DNA of 63,929 nucleotides, filler included, from Reclinomonas americana ATCC 50394 (GCA_048213135.1; 20 parts of 20 records of this genome joined end to end with filler, not necessarily neighbours in it); one strand, 5' to 3'; shown: positions 8,876 through 18,859, numbered from the whole stretch's first letter. Numbers and translations are program-made. Notes: a model not told the origin generated them from the letters alone.

Positions 8876-10054
8876 GTGCCCGACATCGTGAAGCTCGACT
8901 CAGTGAGACCGAAGGCTCTCGAGTTCTTCGCCGGAATCGGGCTGGCGCGCATCGGCCTGGAGCAAGCCGGCTTTAGCGTGTCGTGGTCGAACGATTACGA
9001 ACGCGCCAAGTGGGATATGTATCGCAATCAGTTCGGCGACGAGCCGGGCGACGATCACAGCTTCGTGCTAGGAGACATCGGGAGCATCAACGCCCCCGAC
9101 CTACCATCAAACGCCTCACTCGCATGGGGTTCCTCGCCTTGCACAGATCTCTCTTTGGCAGGATCTCGTGGCGGTCTACGGGCGGGCGAATCGAACGCGT
9201 TCTGGCAGTACATTCGTCTTCTTGATGAGCTCGGAAGCGCTCGCCCTCCCGTGGCGGTGCTAGAGAACGTCGTAGGTCTCGCTACTTCTCATGGCGGGGA
9301 CGATCTTGCCGCCGCGGTGCGCGCGTTCAACGAACTCGGCTATTCGGTCGACGTCCTCGCCATTGACGCCCGGCGATTCATTCCTCAGTCGCGTCCGCGA
9401 CTGTTCCTAGTTGCAGCGCAGACGCCTCCCGATGACTCAGACGATCTGACTAGCGAGTTGCGCCCTGACTGGCTTCAATCAGTCTTTGCAGACCCGACGC
9501 TAAGAACTCACCGAGCGCCACTCCCTGCACTGCCTACGCTCTTGCTTGAAGGTTTCAGCGACCTCGCCGAGGGGATGGACTTGTCGGACGAGCGTTGGTG
9601 GGATGAAGAGAAGACGAGCGCTTTCCTCAAGTCGCTGTCGCCCATTCAGAGCGCCCGCATAGCGACGATGAAGGCTGAGCGAGGTCTTCGGTACCGCACT
9701 GCATATCGCCGAATGCGCCAGGGGGTACCTGTGTGGGAAGTGCGCCCGGACGATATCTCGGGGTGCCTTCGCACAGCGCGCGGAGGATCGTCAAGGCAAG
9801 CGGTCGTGGCTCTGGGAGACCAGGTGGTAAGAATCCGTTGGATGACACCGCGAGAGTACGCACGGTTGATGGGCGCGGACGAGTACGACTTGTCAGGTAC
9901 CAGAATCAACCAAGCCCTTTCAGCCTTCGGAGACGCAGTGGCTGTGCCAGCGGTGTCGTGGTTGGCTGAGAACTACCTGATGCCGCTAGTTCGCGGCGCG
10001 TCAGTCGGTGTTGCTGCCCATGACCACAGCGCGCGTATCCACGACGCATCGTAG
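8876..10054 (+). CDS. dcm: DNA (cytosine-5) methyltransferase
   Basis: FFAGIG (motif I), SSPCTDLS (IV), LENV (VI), PQSRPR (VIII), RWMTPREYARLMG (IX), FGDAV (X). Confidence 0.95.
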   Translation: MPDIVKLDSVRPKALEFFAGIGLARIGLEQAGFSVSWSNDYERAKWDMYRNQFGDEPGDDHSFVLGDIGSINAPDLPSNASLAWGSSPCTDLSLAGSRGGLRAGESNAFWQYIRLLDELGSARPPVAVLENVVGLATSHGGDDLAAAVRAFNELGYSVDVLAIDARRFIPQSRPRLFLVAAQTPPDDSDDLTSELRPDWLQSVFADPTLRTHRAPLPALPTLLLEGFSDLAEGMDLSDERWWDEEKTSAFLKSLSPIQSARIATMKAERGLRYRTAYRRMRQGVPVWEVRPDDISGCLRTARGGSSRQAVVALGDQVVRIRWMTPREYARLMGADEYDLSGTRINQALSAFGDAVAVPAVSWLAENYLMPLVRGASVGVAAHDHSARIHDAS

Positions 10055-10175
10055 GTATGAGGGTCCGAAACGCAGTCGCGAACGCGCGCGCTCTCGCAGG
10101 CGCTGCCTGATTCCCCTAGCATGGCGAACGTTGAGTGCTACGCCCGTGCTCAGCTTGCCGCGATAGGAGCACGAT

Positions 10176-12455
10176 GTGACTGAGCCAGCTGCCGTTCCGG
10201 ACCCGGCGACCGTTGCAGAACCGCGGTTTGAGATGAAGGTGGATCTCGCTGTACTGCAGTCTCTGGGGATCAACTTGTACAGCAATGCCGCCGCCGTGCT
10301 CTCGGAGGTAGTCGCGAACGCTTGGGACGCCGACGCAAATGAGATCAGCATCACCTGGGATGCCTCGAATAGTTCGATCGTGATTGAAGACGACGGCGCG
10401 GGCATGAGCCTTGAGGACGTCAACGATCGCTATTTGAAGGTCGGCTATCAGAAGCGCAACCCCGGCAATGAAGGCCTGAAATCCAACAAGTTCAACAGGC
10501 CTTTCATGGGACGCAAAGGGATCGGCAAGCTATCGGTCTTTTCGCTCGCGAATGACGTGGTCGTGGCAACGCGCAAGGAGGGTCACCCTGCCGAGGCGTT
10601 CCGCATCGATCGAGAGGGGCTCGAGTCGGCAATCGCTGCCGGTGCCGCATACCACCCGGATCCGGTTGACGCCCCCAACGACATGGCCGGGCATGGAACG
10701 AGAATAACCCTCACCAATCTGAACACTAGGCGCGCGGGTATCACGATCCGCGCGCTCAGGAGAAGGATCGCACGACGGTTCGACGTTCTGAGCTATGACC
10801 CTAAGGCGAAAGACCGCTTCGCCATCGTCATCAACAACGAACGAGTCGGCTTCGACGATCGCGAAGACCTGTCTCGCATCGAATACTTCTGGTCACTCGG
10901 CCTACCCACCGTCTCAGCGGAGCAAACCCCCTCGGTGAAAAAACGGTGGGAACTCGCTAGCACGGTGGATGCAGAGCGGGGGTGGCGACTCAGCGGCTGG
11001 TTTGGTTCTGTCCCGACACCTGCCGATCTTCAGGACGAAGACGATGACCGCGAATCGCTCCGGAACATCATCATCCTGGCTCGAAAACGTCCGATTCAGG
11101 AGGGGATCCTCGATCAGCTTCACTTCAACAAGCTTTTCGGCAACTACGTGACGGGTCAGATCACCGCAGAGTTCTTGGATCTCGACGACGCTGACATGCC
11201 CGATATAGCAACCAGTGATCGTCAGCGGCTGATCGAGGATGACGAACGGGTGGCCTTGCTTCGATCCACGCTCCGCGAGCGGTTCCTTGAGGCAGAGAGG
11301 CAATGGTCTGAACAGCGCCCGAAGGACAAGTTCAAGGGACTTTTGAAATCCTACCCAGAGGTTCACGCGTGGGTCGAAGAGCGCCCCACGGGTCAGCGCC
11401 CTCTGGCGACCAAGCTGATCAGCACGATTGCCGCGTTGCCCTTCGAGCAGGAGAAACCGCGACGAGAACTACTCCGCGCAGGGATTCTGGGCTTCGAACG
11501 CATCGCGCTCGACGCGACCACAGCGCAACTTAACGCATTCGTGGACGGGATCAGCGCCGATGACGTTCTACCTGTCCTTGCCTCACAAAGGTCGCTCGAA
11601 GACGCGCTCTACGCACAGATTCTCCGCTCGAGAGTCGCGGCAATCGAGCAGCTCGAACGTCTGATCTCGGACAACGACAAAGAGCGCGCTCTACAAGAGC
11701 ATCTTTTCAAGAACATGTGGCTTCTGGATCCTTCGTGGGAGCACCCAACCGCCAATCCCGCGATGGAAAAGAGCCTCAAGTCGATTCGAGGTGATGTGTT
11801 CGATCCGTCCGAGGCCGAGAACCTCGCTCAGGGCCGCATCGACATCAAGTATCAGAGTGCAGCCGGATCGCACCTCATCGTCGAATTGAAGCGGTACGGT
11901 CGCAACACAAATCTCGACGAGTTGTACGCGCAAGGCGCGAAGTACTGGGAGGCAACGCGCGAAGTCCTCGAGAAGCGCGGTGAGCCGTACGACGGTAGAA
12001 ACGTAGAGGTCATCTTTATCCTCGGACAGCCGATGGACGCGGGTGCCATTGGTAAGAAGACCCGCGAGGAGGCCATTGCGGAACGGCTCGACAACATCAA
12101 CGGACGAGTGTTCTACTACGACGAAATGCTCGCCAATGCGCGGCGTCAGTACGTCGAGTACCAGAGCGTCCTAGACGACAAGAACAGCGAACTCGCTCGA
12201 GTGCTTGCCTCCCTCGACGTGACTGACGCTGACGCTGACGCTGACGCTGACGCTGACGCTGACGCTGACGGTGACGCTGACGGTGACGGTGACGGTGACG
12301 GTGACGGTGACGGTGACGGTGACGGTGACGGTGACGGTGACGGTGACGTCGACGCTGAGGCGAAGGCCGAAACCAATGCAGATACGGGGGCGCCTCCTAG
12401 CTCTGGTTTTGTCGACTCGGCGCGAACCATGCTTCAGGGCCCGCCCTCCAGCTAG
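10176..12455 (+). CDS. GHKL/MORC-like ATPase fused to a C-terminal PD-(D/E)XK restriction-endonuclease-like domain
   Basis: EVVANAWDADA, IEDDGAGM, GRKGIGKLS, GTRITL; C-terminal ERALQEHL..WLLDP, GRIDI...LIVELKR; AGGAG SD. Confidence 0.88.
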   Translation: MTEPAAVPDPATVAEPRFEMKVDLAVLQSLGINLYSNAAAVLSEVVANAWDADANEISITWDASNSSIVIEDDGAGMSLEDVNDRYLKVGYQKRNPGNEGLKSNKFNRPFMGRKGIGKLSVFSLANDVVVATRKEGHPAEAFRIDREGLESAIAAGAAYHPDPVDAPNDMAGHGTRITLTNLNTRRAGITIRALRRRIARRFDVLSYDPKAKDRFAIVINNERVGFDDREDLSRIEYFWSLGLPTVSAEQTPSVKKRWELASTVDAERGWRLSGWFGSVPTPADLQDEDDDRESLRNIIILARKRPIQEGILDQLHFNKLFGNYVTGQITAEFLDLDDADMPDIATSDRQRLIEDDERVALLRSTLRERFLEAERQWSEQRPKDKFKGLLKSYPEVHAWVEERPTGQRPLATKLISTIAALPFEQEKPRRELLRAGILGFERIALDATTAQLNAFVDGISADDVLPVLASQRSLEDALYAQILRSRVAAIEQLERLISDNDKERALQEHLFKNMWLLDPSWEHPTANPAMEKSLKSIRGDVFDPSEAENLAQGRIDIKYQSAAGSHLIVELKRYGRNTNLDELYAQGAKYWEATREVLEKRGEPYDGRNVEVIFILGQPMDAGAIGKKTREEAIAERLDNINGRVFYYDEMLANARRQYVEYQSVLDDKNSELARVLASLDVTDADADADADADADADGDADGDGDGDGDGDGDGDGDGDGDGDVDAEAKAETNADTGAPPSSGFVDSARTMLQGPPSS
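12225..12356 (+). repeat. In-frame hexamer tandem repeat GACG(C/G)T, ~22 units, encoding (DA)n(DG)n
   Basis: Read directly from sequence. Confidence 0.95.
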
Positions 12456-12628
12456 CCACTAGCTAACTACCTCCCGAGACGCTGACAACAGGTCGGCTTC
12501 GCCTTCCATCTGAGCGGTCGCGCGCCGAGGAGCTCAGAGAGCGAAGGGTACTTCGACCCACCACAAGGAAAGAGCGGGATGTTGTCATCCTCGGGACAAG
12601 GACAGGCTCAAGAACGAGGTGAGTCAGA

Positions 12629-13687
12629 ATGACCACACCACTACCACTCGAGGTGGCCTGCGACGAATCCGGCAACGACGGCGAAAACGTCCTCTCGGGA
12701 AGATCAACTGTGTTCGCCCATGCGAGCGTGACACTATCGCGCGACGCTGCTTCGGACCTGATAGACGAGGTTCGAGGGCGCACTCGTAGCCAGAGCATGG
12801 AGCTGAAGTCCAAGACAATCCTTCAGCCCAGACATCAGGGCACAGCTAAGTGGTTGCTCTCGCACCCGGCGATCGAGCGCTGCGCGTCAGTGAATCTCAC
12901 CCACAAGAAGTACTTCCTGGTGTCAAAACTCTACGATTCCACGGCGGAAGAACTTGCTCACGAGCACGGCCACGATATCTACATGACTGGGGTTGCGTTG
13001 GCGGGGGCGAATCTGCTGTTCTTCCTGGGTCCGGAAAGCTACGGCGTCGAATGGGAGCGACTTCTGATGGCGTTCCAACGCTTCATGCGGGCACGCGATG
13101 CCAGCGAGGCACAAGTTCTGTTGGCACGGCTGATCCGGATCACTAGGGGCCTGCTCGCCGATGAGGAGGCGATTGTGCGAAGTGTGCTTGACACAGTTTT
13201 CGCTGGGTTCGGTCACCTCGCTTCTCTCTCAAAGCTCCAACTCGGCGAGGGAATCGAAGAACGACTTCGCACGACGGACCCACTTATCTCAGCAGTTGGT
13301 GGTGCCGTGCGTTTTTGGGCTTCGAGCTCGGGGCGGCCAATAAGACTCTTCCACGATGCCGCCAAGGAACTGACGCCGGTGAAGATCGAGTGGGCGAAGC
13401 AGTCCCTGGCGCATCCGGAGGACATTGTACCGTCGCGTCGAGACTTGTCTAGCGAACTTATAGACGTGCTGCTTGTCGACTCGAAAGAAGATCCTCGGGT
13501 CCAAGTGGCGGACTTGCTTGCTGGCGTCGGCCGAGTTGTCGGAGAGTCGATGGCCGACCAGCAACAGCATCCGCTGCTCTCGAGTTTTGTCCCGATAGTG
13601 AGTGGTGCCAGTATCTGGCCGATCCGCGCGAACATGAACGTTGAGAATGCTCGTGAGGCGATATCGTCCCAGTTCCGATCGCCCTAG
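12629..13687 (+). CDS. DUF3800-family protein (second, divergent member, 352 aa)
   Basis: VACDESGNDG, ELKSK, LFHD, VDSKEDPRVQVADLLAG. Confidence 0.8.
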   Translation: MTTPLPLEVACDESGNDGENVLSGRSTVFAHASVTLSRDAASDLIDEVRGRTRSQSMELKSKTILQPRHQGTAKWLLSHPAIERCASVNLTHKKYFLVSKLYDSTAEELAHEHGHDIYMTGVALAGANLLFFLGPESYGVEWERLLMAFQRFMRARDASEAQVLLARLIRITRGLLADEEAIVRSVLDTVFAGFGHLASLSKLQLGEGIEERLRTTDPLISAVGGAVRFWASSSGRPIRLFHDAAKELTPVKIEWAKQSLAHPEDIVPSRRDLSSELIDVLLVDSKEDPRVQVADLLAGVGRVVGESMADQQQHPLLSSFVPIVSGASIWPIRANMNVENAREAISSQFRSP

Positions 13688-13780
13688 GTGCAACCATCGA
13701 CCCATGAATCCCAGCGGCGAAAGCGGTTCCGTCACTGGTGGCAGCTCGGAGCCCGCTGGGACCATCTTCGGCTCGTTGAC

Positions 13781-14662
13781 TTAACGTGCGCGGTACCTAC
13801 GGTTGGCCGCTTCTCTAGCGACAGCTAGTGATTCAAGGTGATCTGATCCGAGCCCCGATGGAGCTGAGTGGAGGGCAAGCTCTAAGCCGACCTTCCTCCC
13901 GAAGAACCAGTGTCCTTGGAGCTTCCTTCCGTCAGGCAGCGATGTCCAGCCTGGGTGTAGTTGAAAGGATCCTTCGGAACTGACGCTAGTCACATCCACC
14001 ACAGTCACCGGGAATGTACTTGCGCTCAGAGGGATCGCGGCAGAACTAATCGCCGGGAAGGCGCGTCTGAAGGATTCGCGATCTGCATGCTCGGCGAACG
14101 TGATAGCGAAGCGGTCTCCATTCTTATGGCGAATATCAAGCGAACGCCCACCTGGCTTGCAGATCACCTGATCGAGCTGGTCGTGAGGCAATTCCCAGCT
14201 GTTGTTCGTTATCACGGCACCGGCGCGCAAGCGGTAGTTCAGCATTAACTCGCCATACTTGTTCCGTTCGAACCAGATGAGAGGCATACCGGTGATCGCG
14301 ACGAGGATCGGCGTATCAACATAAAAGTTCCCCCCAAGTCGAGCAACCAGCTTGTTGCGCATCCAACCAAACTCGCCGCGTATCGAAGCCGCAGATTCGG
14401 TGCCGAGTTGCTTGAAACGACGCAACTGATCATCCGTGTACGCGCCGTTATCAGCCTTGTCAGCGTGCTCTCTGCAAAGGGCGATCATGCCCTCGACTCG
14501 ATGGTGGTTCTCAGTCCGCCACGGTGGATCGAAATGGTGCCATGACAAGTAAGGACTACCGCAGATGCCTTCCCGCGTCGGCGCTGGGCAATGGAAACCC
14601 ACTTCACTTCGTAGAGCTCGAAGTACATCGGCGGGGGGCTTGCGTGCGAGAGTGCCAGTCAC
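13781..14662 (-). CDS. HNH-like endonuclease with a beta-rich C-terminal domain
   Basis: LRSEVGFHCP...CG...WHHFDP...HHRVEGMIALCREHA; TAATCT -10 box 6 nt upstream of GTG. Confidence 0.8.
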   Translation of the reverse strand: MTGTLARKPPADVLRALRSEVGFHCPAPTREGICGSPYLSWHHFDPPWRTENHHRVEGMIALCREHADKADNGAYTDDQLRRFKQLGTESAASIRGEFGWMRNKLVARLGGNFYVDTPILVAITGMPLIWFERNKYGELMLNYRLRAGAVITNNSWELPHDQLDQVICKPGGRSLDIRHKNGDRFAITFAEHADRESFRRAFPAISSAAIPLSASTFPVTVVDVTSVSSEGSFQLHPGWTSLPDGRKLQGHWFFGRKVGLELALHSAPSGLGSDHLESLAVAREAANRRYRAR

Positions 14663-15026
14663 AAGCAGAGATTACCCTCTTGAACGCTGCTGATTCGGAG
14701 ATCTGTCGGGGGCAGTTGCTGGCAGATGCCGTCGATCGTCCGATCCCACCGTCTCTTGCAGCGTCGGGGCGGGCTGCGCCGGATAGTTGCGATAAGCGGT
14801 CCAATCGTCGGAAAAAGTCCGACAAGGAAGTGTGATGCGGCTGAGCATGTGAGAGAGGATTCCCGCGGTTGCAGGGCGCGAAGCCCGAGGAACGATGCCG
14901 GCGTTGGTTATCCTCGGTGGAGGACTGGTGCTGCTGTTAGTCGGCGCGCGATGACGCCGACAAGAGTGACCGGCCACCGCACGGCATGCATTTGCCATCG
15001 AGAGACTTGATTGCGATCGCATCCGT

Positions 15027-15240
15027 CACGCTCAAGCGATGGCTGAACNNNNNNNNNNNNNNNNNNNNNNNNNNNNNNNNNNNNNNNNNNNNTTAATTAA
15101 TTAANNNNNNNNNNNNNNNNNNNNNNNNNNNNNNNNNNNNNNNNNNNNCTAGTCGACTTAGTTTCCGTACCTACGTACGAAGGAACGTTACGTTAGTTAG
15201 TTGCGCGCGCCCTCTGTCCACGCTCAAGCGATGGCTGAAC
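15027..15240 (+). repeat. 22-bp direct repeat CACGCTCAAGCGATGGCTGAAC (15027-15048 and 15219-15240) on either side of a linker
   Basis: Exact match seen. Confidence 0.9.
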
Positions 15241-15265
15241 AGCTAGCCAGCGAGGACGTGCCGAC

Positions 15266-15300
15266 CAAGAGCCGCCGAGCACCATGCTCGGCGGCTCTTG
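15266..15300. terminator. Intrinsic terminator-like hairpin, probably bidirectional
   Basis: Perfect 16-bp stem CAAGAGCCGCCGAGCA / TGCTCGGCGGCTCTTG with CCA loop. Confidence 0.75.
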
Positions 15301-15439
15301 TCGCGGCGACACGGGTCACGATCCGGTGAAGCGAACGCGCTCGGAGTCGTTGTTGCAACCGTACGGGCGAGCGGTCGATCACCTGCTATCGCGTCCACAG
15401 AGCGTCGCTCGGTCAACCGCTCTCATGCCAAGACAACTG

Positions 15440-17089
15440 TCAGCTGTTGATCTGGACGACTTCGCGCCAGTAGGGCGCGATGATGTCGCCGCTGATGCGG
15501 AGATCTAGCAGCAGGAAAGGGCGTTCGTTAGGATCGCGGGCAGCCCAGTTCTCGAGCGCGTCAAGGTCCTGGATGTTGCGGACGACAATGCCCTCGGCTC
15601 CGAATCCGTTGGCTACCGCGGCGAAGTTGACCTCGGGGATGCGCATCGGTCCTTGGGCGAGTCCCTTCTTGCCGTAGAGGTTGACCTCGGCACCGTACGC
15701 TGCGTCGTTCCACACGATGGCCAGACCACGTCCTTTAGCGACGCGCACGGCCGATTCGAGGTCGGCGAGTGCCATCAGACCTCCGCCGTCGCCAGTGGTC
15801 AGCACGATCGTTGATTCGGGGCGGGCGGCGGCGGCGCCGGGGACGCTAGGGAATCCGAGGCCGATCGACTGGTAGGCGGTGCCGATCATCATGTTGCGAT
15901 CGGGAGCGGCGACGGGCCAATACATGTTTGACCAGCCCAGGAAGTGTCCCCCGTCGGAGACGACGACGCGGTCCTCAGGTAGCAACTCGGCGATACGTAC
16001 GGCTGCGCTGCGTGGATCGAGCCGCCCGTCGGGAGCAAGGCGGTCTCCGGGGTCGTTGACGCGCAGCGCGGGGATGTCGACGGTCTCGCGCCAGCGGGAC
16101 GGTACGGCACCGCGGTCTCGCAGGCGTTCGATGAGCTTGCGGGCCGCATCAGCGGCGTCGGAATGGACGAATCCGCCGACTTGCGGGTGCGTTGCGGTAC
16201 CGGCCACATCGATCTGGAACAGGAGAGCCTTCGGGTCAAACAATTGACCGAAGCGCATCGTGAACTGGTTGAGTCCGGCACCGAACACGACGGCAACATC
16301 GGCCTCGCGCACGAGCGCCATCGCTCCCTCGGCACCGAATCCGCCGGTCACCCCGACGTCGTAGCGGTCATCGGGGAAGATGCCGCGCCCGAGAGCGGTG
16401 GTCGCGGTGACTGCACCAATGATCTCAGCCAGATCTCCGAGCGCGTCGCCAGCGTTAGCGAGCCAAGCTCCGCGCCCCGCGAGCAGCAGCGGCCGACGTG
16501 CGTCGAGTAGAGCATCCGCGATGCGTTCGAGCCCAGCATCCGTGAGCGCGTTGGAAGACACGGACGTGTCGGGAATGGCCAGCGGCGCCGTATCAGGCAC
16601 GTCGCCCGCATCGCCCGTGGCAATGTCATACGGGATGGCCACAACGAACGGCCGTCGATAGGTCAGGGCTTGCTCGATCGCAAGAGCCGTAACGGAAGCA
16701 GCATCGCGCGTGCCCACGGTGTATGTGCGCACTCCGACGGCTGATGCGAGCGCGATCTGGTCGACACCCCACGGGCGCGGGCCCGCGGTCGGTTCGTCAC
16801 CGACTACGAGGACGAGCGGGATGCGGGCCTGCGCCGCCTCTGCAAGGGCCGTGAGCGTGTTGGTGAAGCCTGCACCATAGGTGGTGGTAGCGGCGGCGAT
16901 TCGGCCGGAAGCACGAAAGTACGCGTCGGCGGCGACGACGCCGCCGGCCTCGTGGCGGACGGCCGTGAAGGTGGAGTCGGTGCGGTCGAGGGCATCGAGG
17001 AACCAAGCGTTACCGTTGCCCATGACCCCGAAGACGTGGTCAACGTTGCGGGCAAGCACTTGCGCGACGTGCGCGGATACAGAAGGCAT
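15440..17089 (-). CDS. Thiamine-diphosphate-binding enzyme (acetolactate synthase-like superfamily)
   Basis: VFGVMGNGN, VRHEAGG, GDGG...WNDAAYG ThDP motif. Confidence 0.92.
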   Translation of the reverse strand: MPSVSAHVAQVLARNVDHVFGVMGNGNAWFLDALDRTDSTFTAVRHEAGGVVAADAYFRASGRIAAATTTYGAGFTNTLTALAEAAQARIPLVLVVGDEPTAGPRPWGVDQIALASAVGVRTYTVGTRDAASVTALAIEQALTYRRPFVVAIPYDIATGDAGDVPDTAPLAIPDTSVSSNALTDAGLERIADALLDARRPLLLAGRGAWLANAGDALGDLAEIIGAVTATTALGRGIFPDDRYDVGVTGGFGAEGAMALVREADVAVVFGAGLNQFTMRFGQLFDPKALLFQIDVAGTATHPQVGGFVHSDAADAARKLIERLRDRGAVPSRWRETVDIPALRVNDPGDRLAPDGRLDPRSAAVRIAELLPEDRVVVSDGGHFLGWSNMYWPVAAPDRNMMIGTAYQSIGLGFPSVPGAAAARPESTIVLTTGDGGGLMALADLESAVRVAKGRGLAIVWNDAAYGAEVNLYGKKGLAQGPMRIPEVNFAAVANGFGAEGIVVRNIQDLDALENWAARDPNERPFLLLDLRISGDIIAPYWREVVQINS

Positions 17090-17393
17090 TCGGATCTTTC
17101 ACTAGGTCGGGATGGTTTCCGCAGAGGGATGCACAAATTCGCTGCATGGGGTATGCATTCAAATTATCACGGAAGAGCGGCAGAGAGCGCGAGTTAGGTC
17201 GGTATCACGCTCGCAAGATCCGCTGCGACGCTGACCCGCGGTGTGGAACTGCCCACCGTTCAGCGCCCTTGTGGTGTTGGTATCGGCGGTTTCGAGTTAC
17301 GGCTCGACGGTCTACGGTCGGAGCGTTAGCCCATTAAGCCGCAATCGCGTTCTGAGCGAGATGCGGCCGCAAAGAAGCGGGACGGGGACCGGT

Positions 17394-17735
17394 ATGACGA
17401 TGCAGGTAGGACTCGAAGCCGGCGGCGCCTTCACAAGTGCCGTCGCCAACATCGAAGGCGGGAGGGTGATAGAGGAGTGGCCAGGGGCACGACCGGGGTT
17501 CTTCGCAGGCGCCTTCGGTTCCGTTCTCGATAGTCGGATTCCCGTCGACGGGATCGACCAGAAGAAGGTTGCTCAGGTCGACACGCTCACAGCGCTAGGT
17601 ACTTCAGGCATTTGGAATGCGTCCCGGTCCTCCCTCGGCAAGGAGCGGGAAGTGCCACCTGAAGTGTGGGAGTGTTCGCAGGACGGCACGCTTGTCGGCT
17701 CGGGAAGTCGAATCGGGATGGCGGCAGACCAATGA
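17394..17735 (+). pseudogene. Possible degenerate hydantoinase/oxoprolinase N-terminal remnant
   Basis: MTMQVGLEAGGAFTSAV resembles the GxDxGGTFTD start; LGTSGIWNA resembles GTT..TNA; short. Confidence 0.35.
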
Positions 17736-18859
17736 CAAGTATCACCGCCGCAGTTCTATCGCATACGGGCGCGGAGCGCCCGTACAGCCAATCCGCTCCC
17801 TTGGTGCTCGAGACTCTGGAGCTGGATGAGGCAGGTCCGGGCGAGCTGCTCGTGCGCATCAAGGCGGCGGGCCTCTGCCATTCTGATCTATCAGTCGTCA
17901 ACGGCGACCGAACCCGACCGATCCCGATGGCTCTCGGTCACGAGGGTGCCGGGGTCGTCGAAGCCGTGGGCGAAGGGATTGAGGACGTGCGGGTCGGCGA
18001 CCTCGTCACCCTCGTTTATGTGCCTAGCTGCGGGCAATGCGCGTATTGCCGCTCTGGTCGTCCGGCCATGTGCGAAAAGGGAGCTGCGGCGAACGGATCG
18101 GGCGAGTTGCTTCGCGGCGGACGTCGGCTTCACCGCGCCGACGGTGAGGACGTGCATCATCACCTCGGAGTTTCTGCCTTTGCGACGCACGCTGTTGTTG
18201 ACCGTTCTTCGGCCGTGGTCGTACCGCCCGAAGTGCCAGCGGAGATAGCAGCGCTTCTCGGCTGCGCTATGTCCACCGGATACGGCGCAGTGGCCAGGAC
18301 AGCGGCGATTCATGAAGGGGACACGGTGGCCGTGTTCGGACTGGGCGGGGTTGGGCTTTCAGCCATCATCGCTGCCCGCGCGCTTGGCGCGTCTGACATC
18401 ATCGCAATTGATCCAGTCCCGCAGAAACGGCAGCTCGCTCGCGACCTGGGTGCAACGGATGCCACCTCGCCCGATGACGCTCCTACCGTCTTGGCAGGGC
18501 TCAGCGGCGGCGGCGTGCAGTGGGCGTTCGAGGCTGTCGGCTCTGCTCGCGTGCTTGAAAGCGCGATCGCCGCCACCGGACGCGGTGGCACAACGGTGGC
18601 CATGGGTCTGCCTCATCCTTCGGCCACCCTCACTATCCCGGCGTTGCCGATCGTCGCCGAGGCCAAAACTATAAAGGGCTCATATATGGGTTCCACTCGC
18701 CCTCAGGAGGACATCCCCGCGATGGCCCGACTATGGCTCGAGAGGCAACTTCCAATCGGGCGACTCATCACCGACCGGCTGACCCTCGAAGACATCAACA
18801 CCGGACTCGAACACTTGGCTAACGGCACCGCAGTGCGGCAGATGGTGGTGCCCGAGTGA
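17732..18859 (+). CDS. Zn-dependent alcohol dehydrogenase
   Basis: GLCHSD, GHEGAG, CGQCAYC..C, GLGGVG. Confidence 0.93.
   Translation: MTSITAAVLSHTGAERPYSQSAPLVLETLELDEAGPGELLVRIKAAGLCHSDLSVVNGDRTRPIPMALGHEGAGVVEAVGEGIEDVRVGDLVTLVYVPSCGQCAYCRSGRPAMCEKGAAANGSGELLRGGRRLHRADGEDVHHHLGVSAFATHAVVDRSSAVVVPPEVPAEIAALLGCAMSTGYGAVARTAAIHEGDTVAVFGLGGVGLSAIIAARALGASDIIAIDPVPQKRQLARDLGATDATSPDDAPTVLAGLSGGGVQWAFEAVGSARVLESAIAATGRGGTTVAMGLPHPSATLTIPALPIVAEAKTIKGSYMGSTRPQEDIPAMARLWLERQLPIGRLITDRLTLEDINTGLEHLANGTAVRQMVVPE

Noticed and set aside
15149..15210. Odd low-complexity TACG-rich stretch (similar ones at 46366-46455 and 62896-62935)
   Set aside because: Occurs only at contig ends and follows the TACG flow order; probably pyrosequencing noise.
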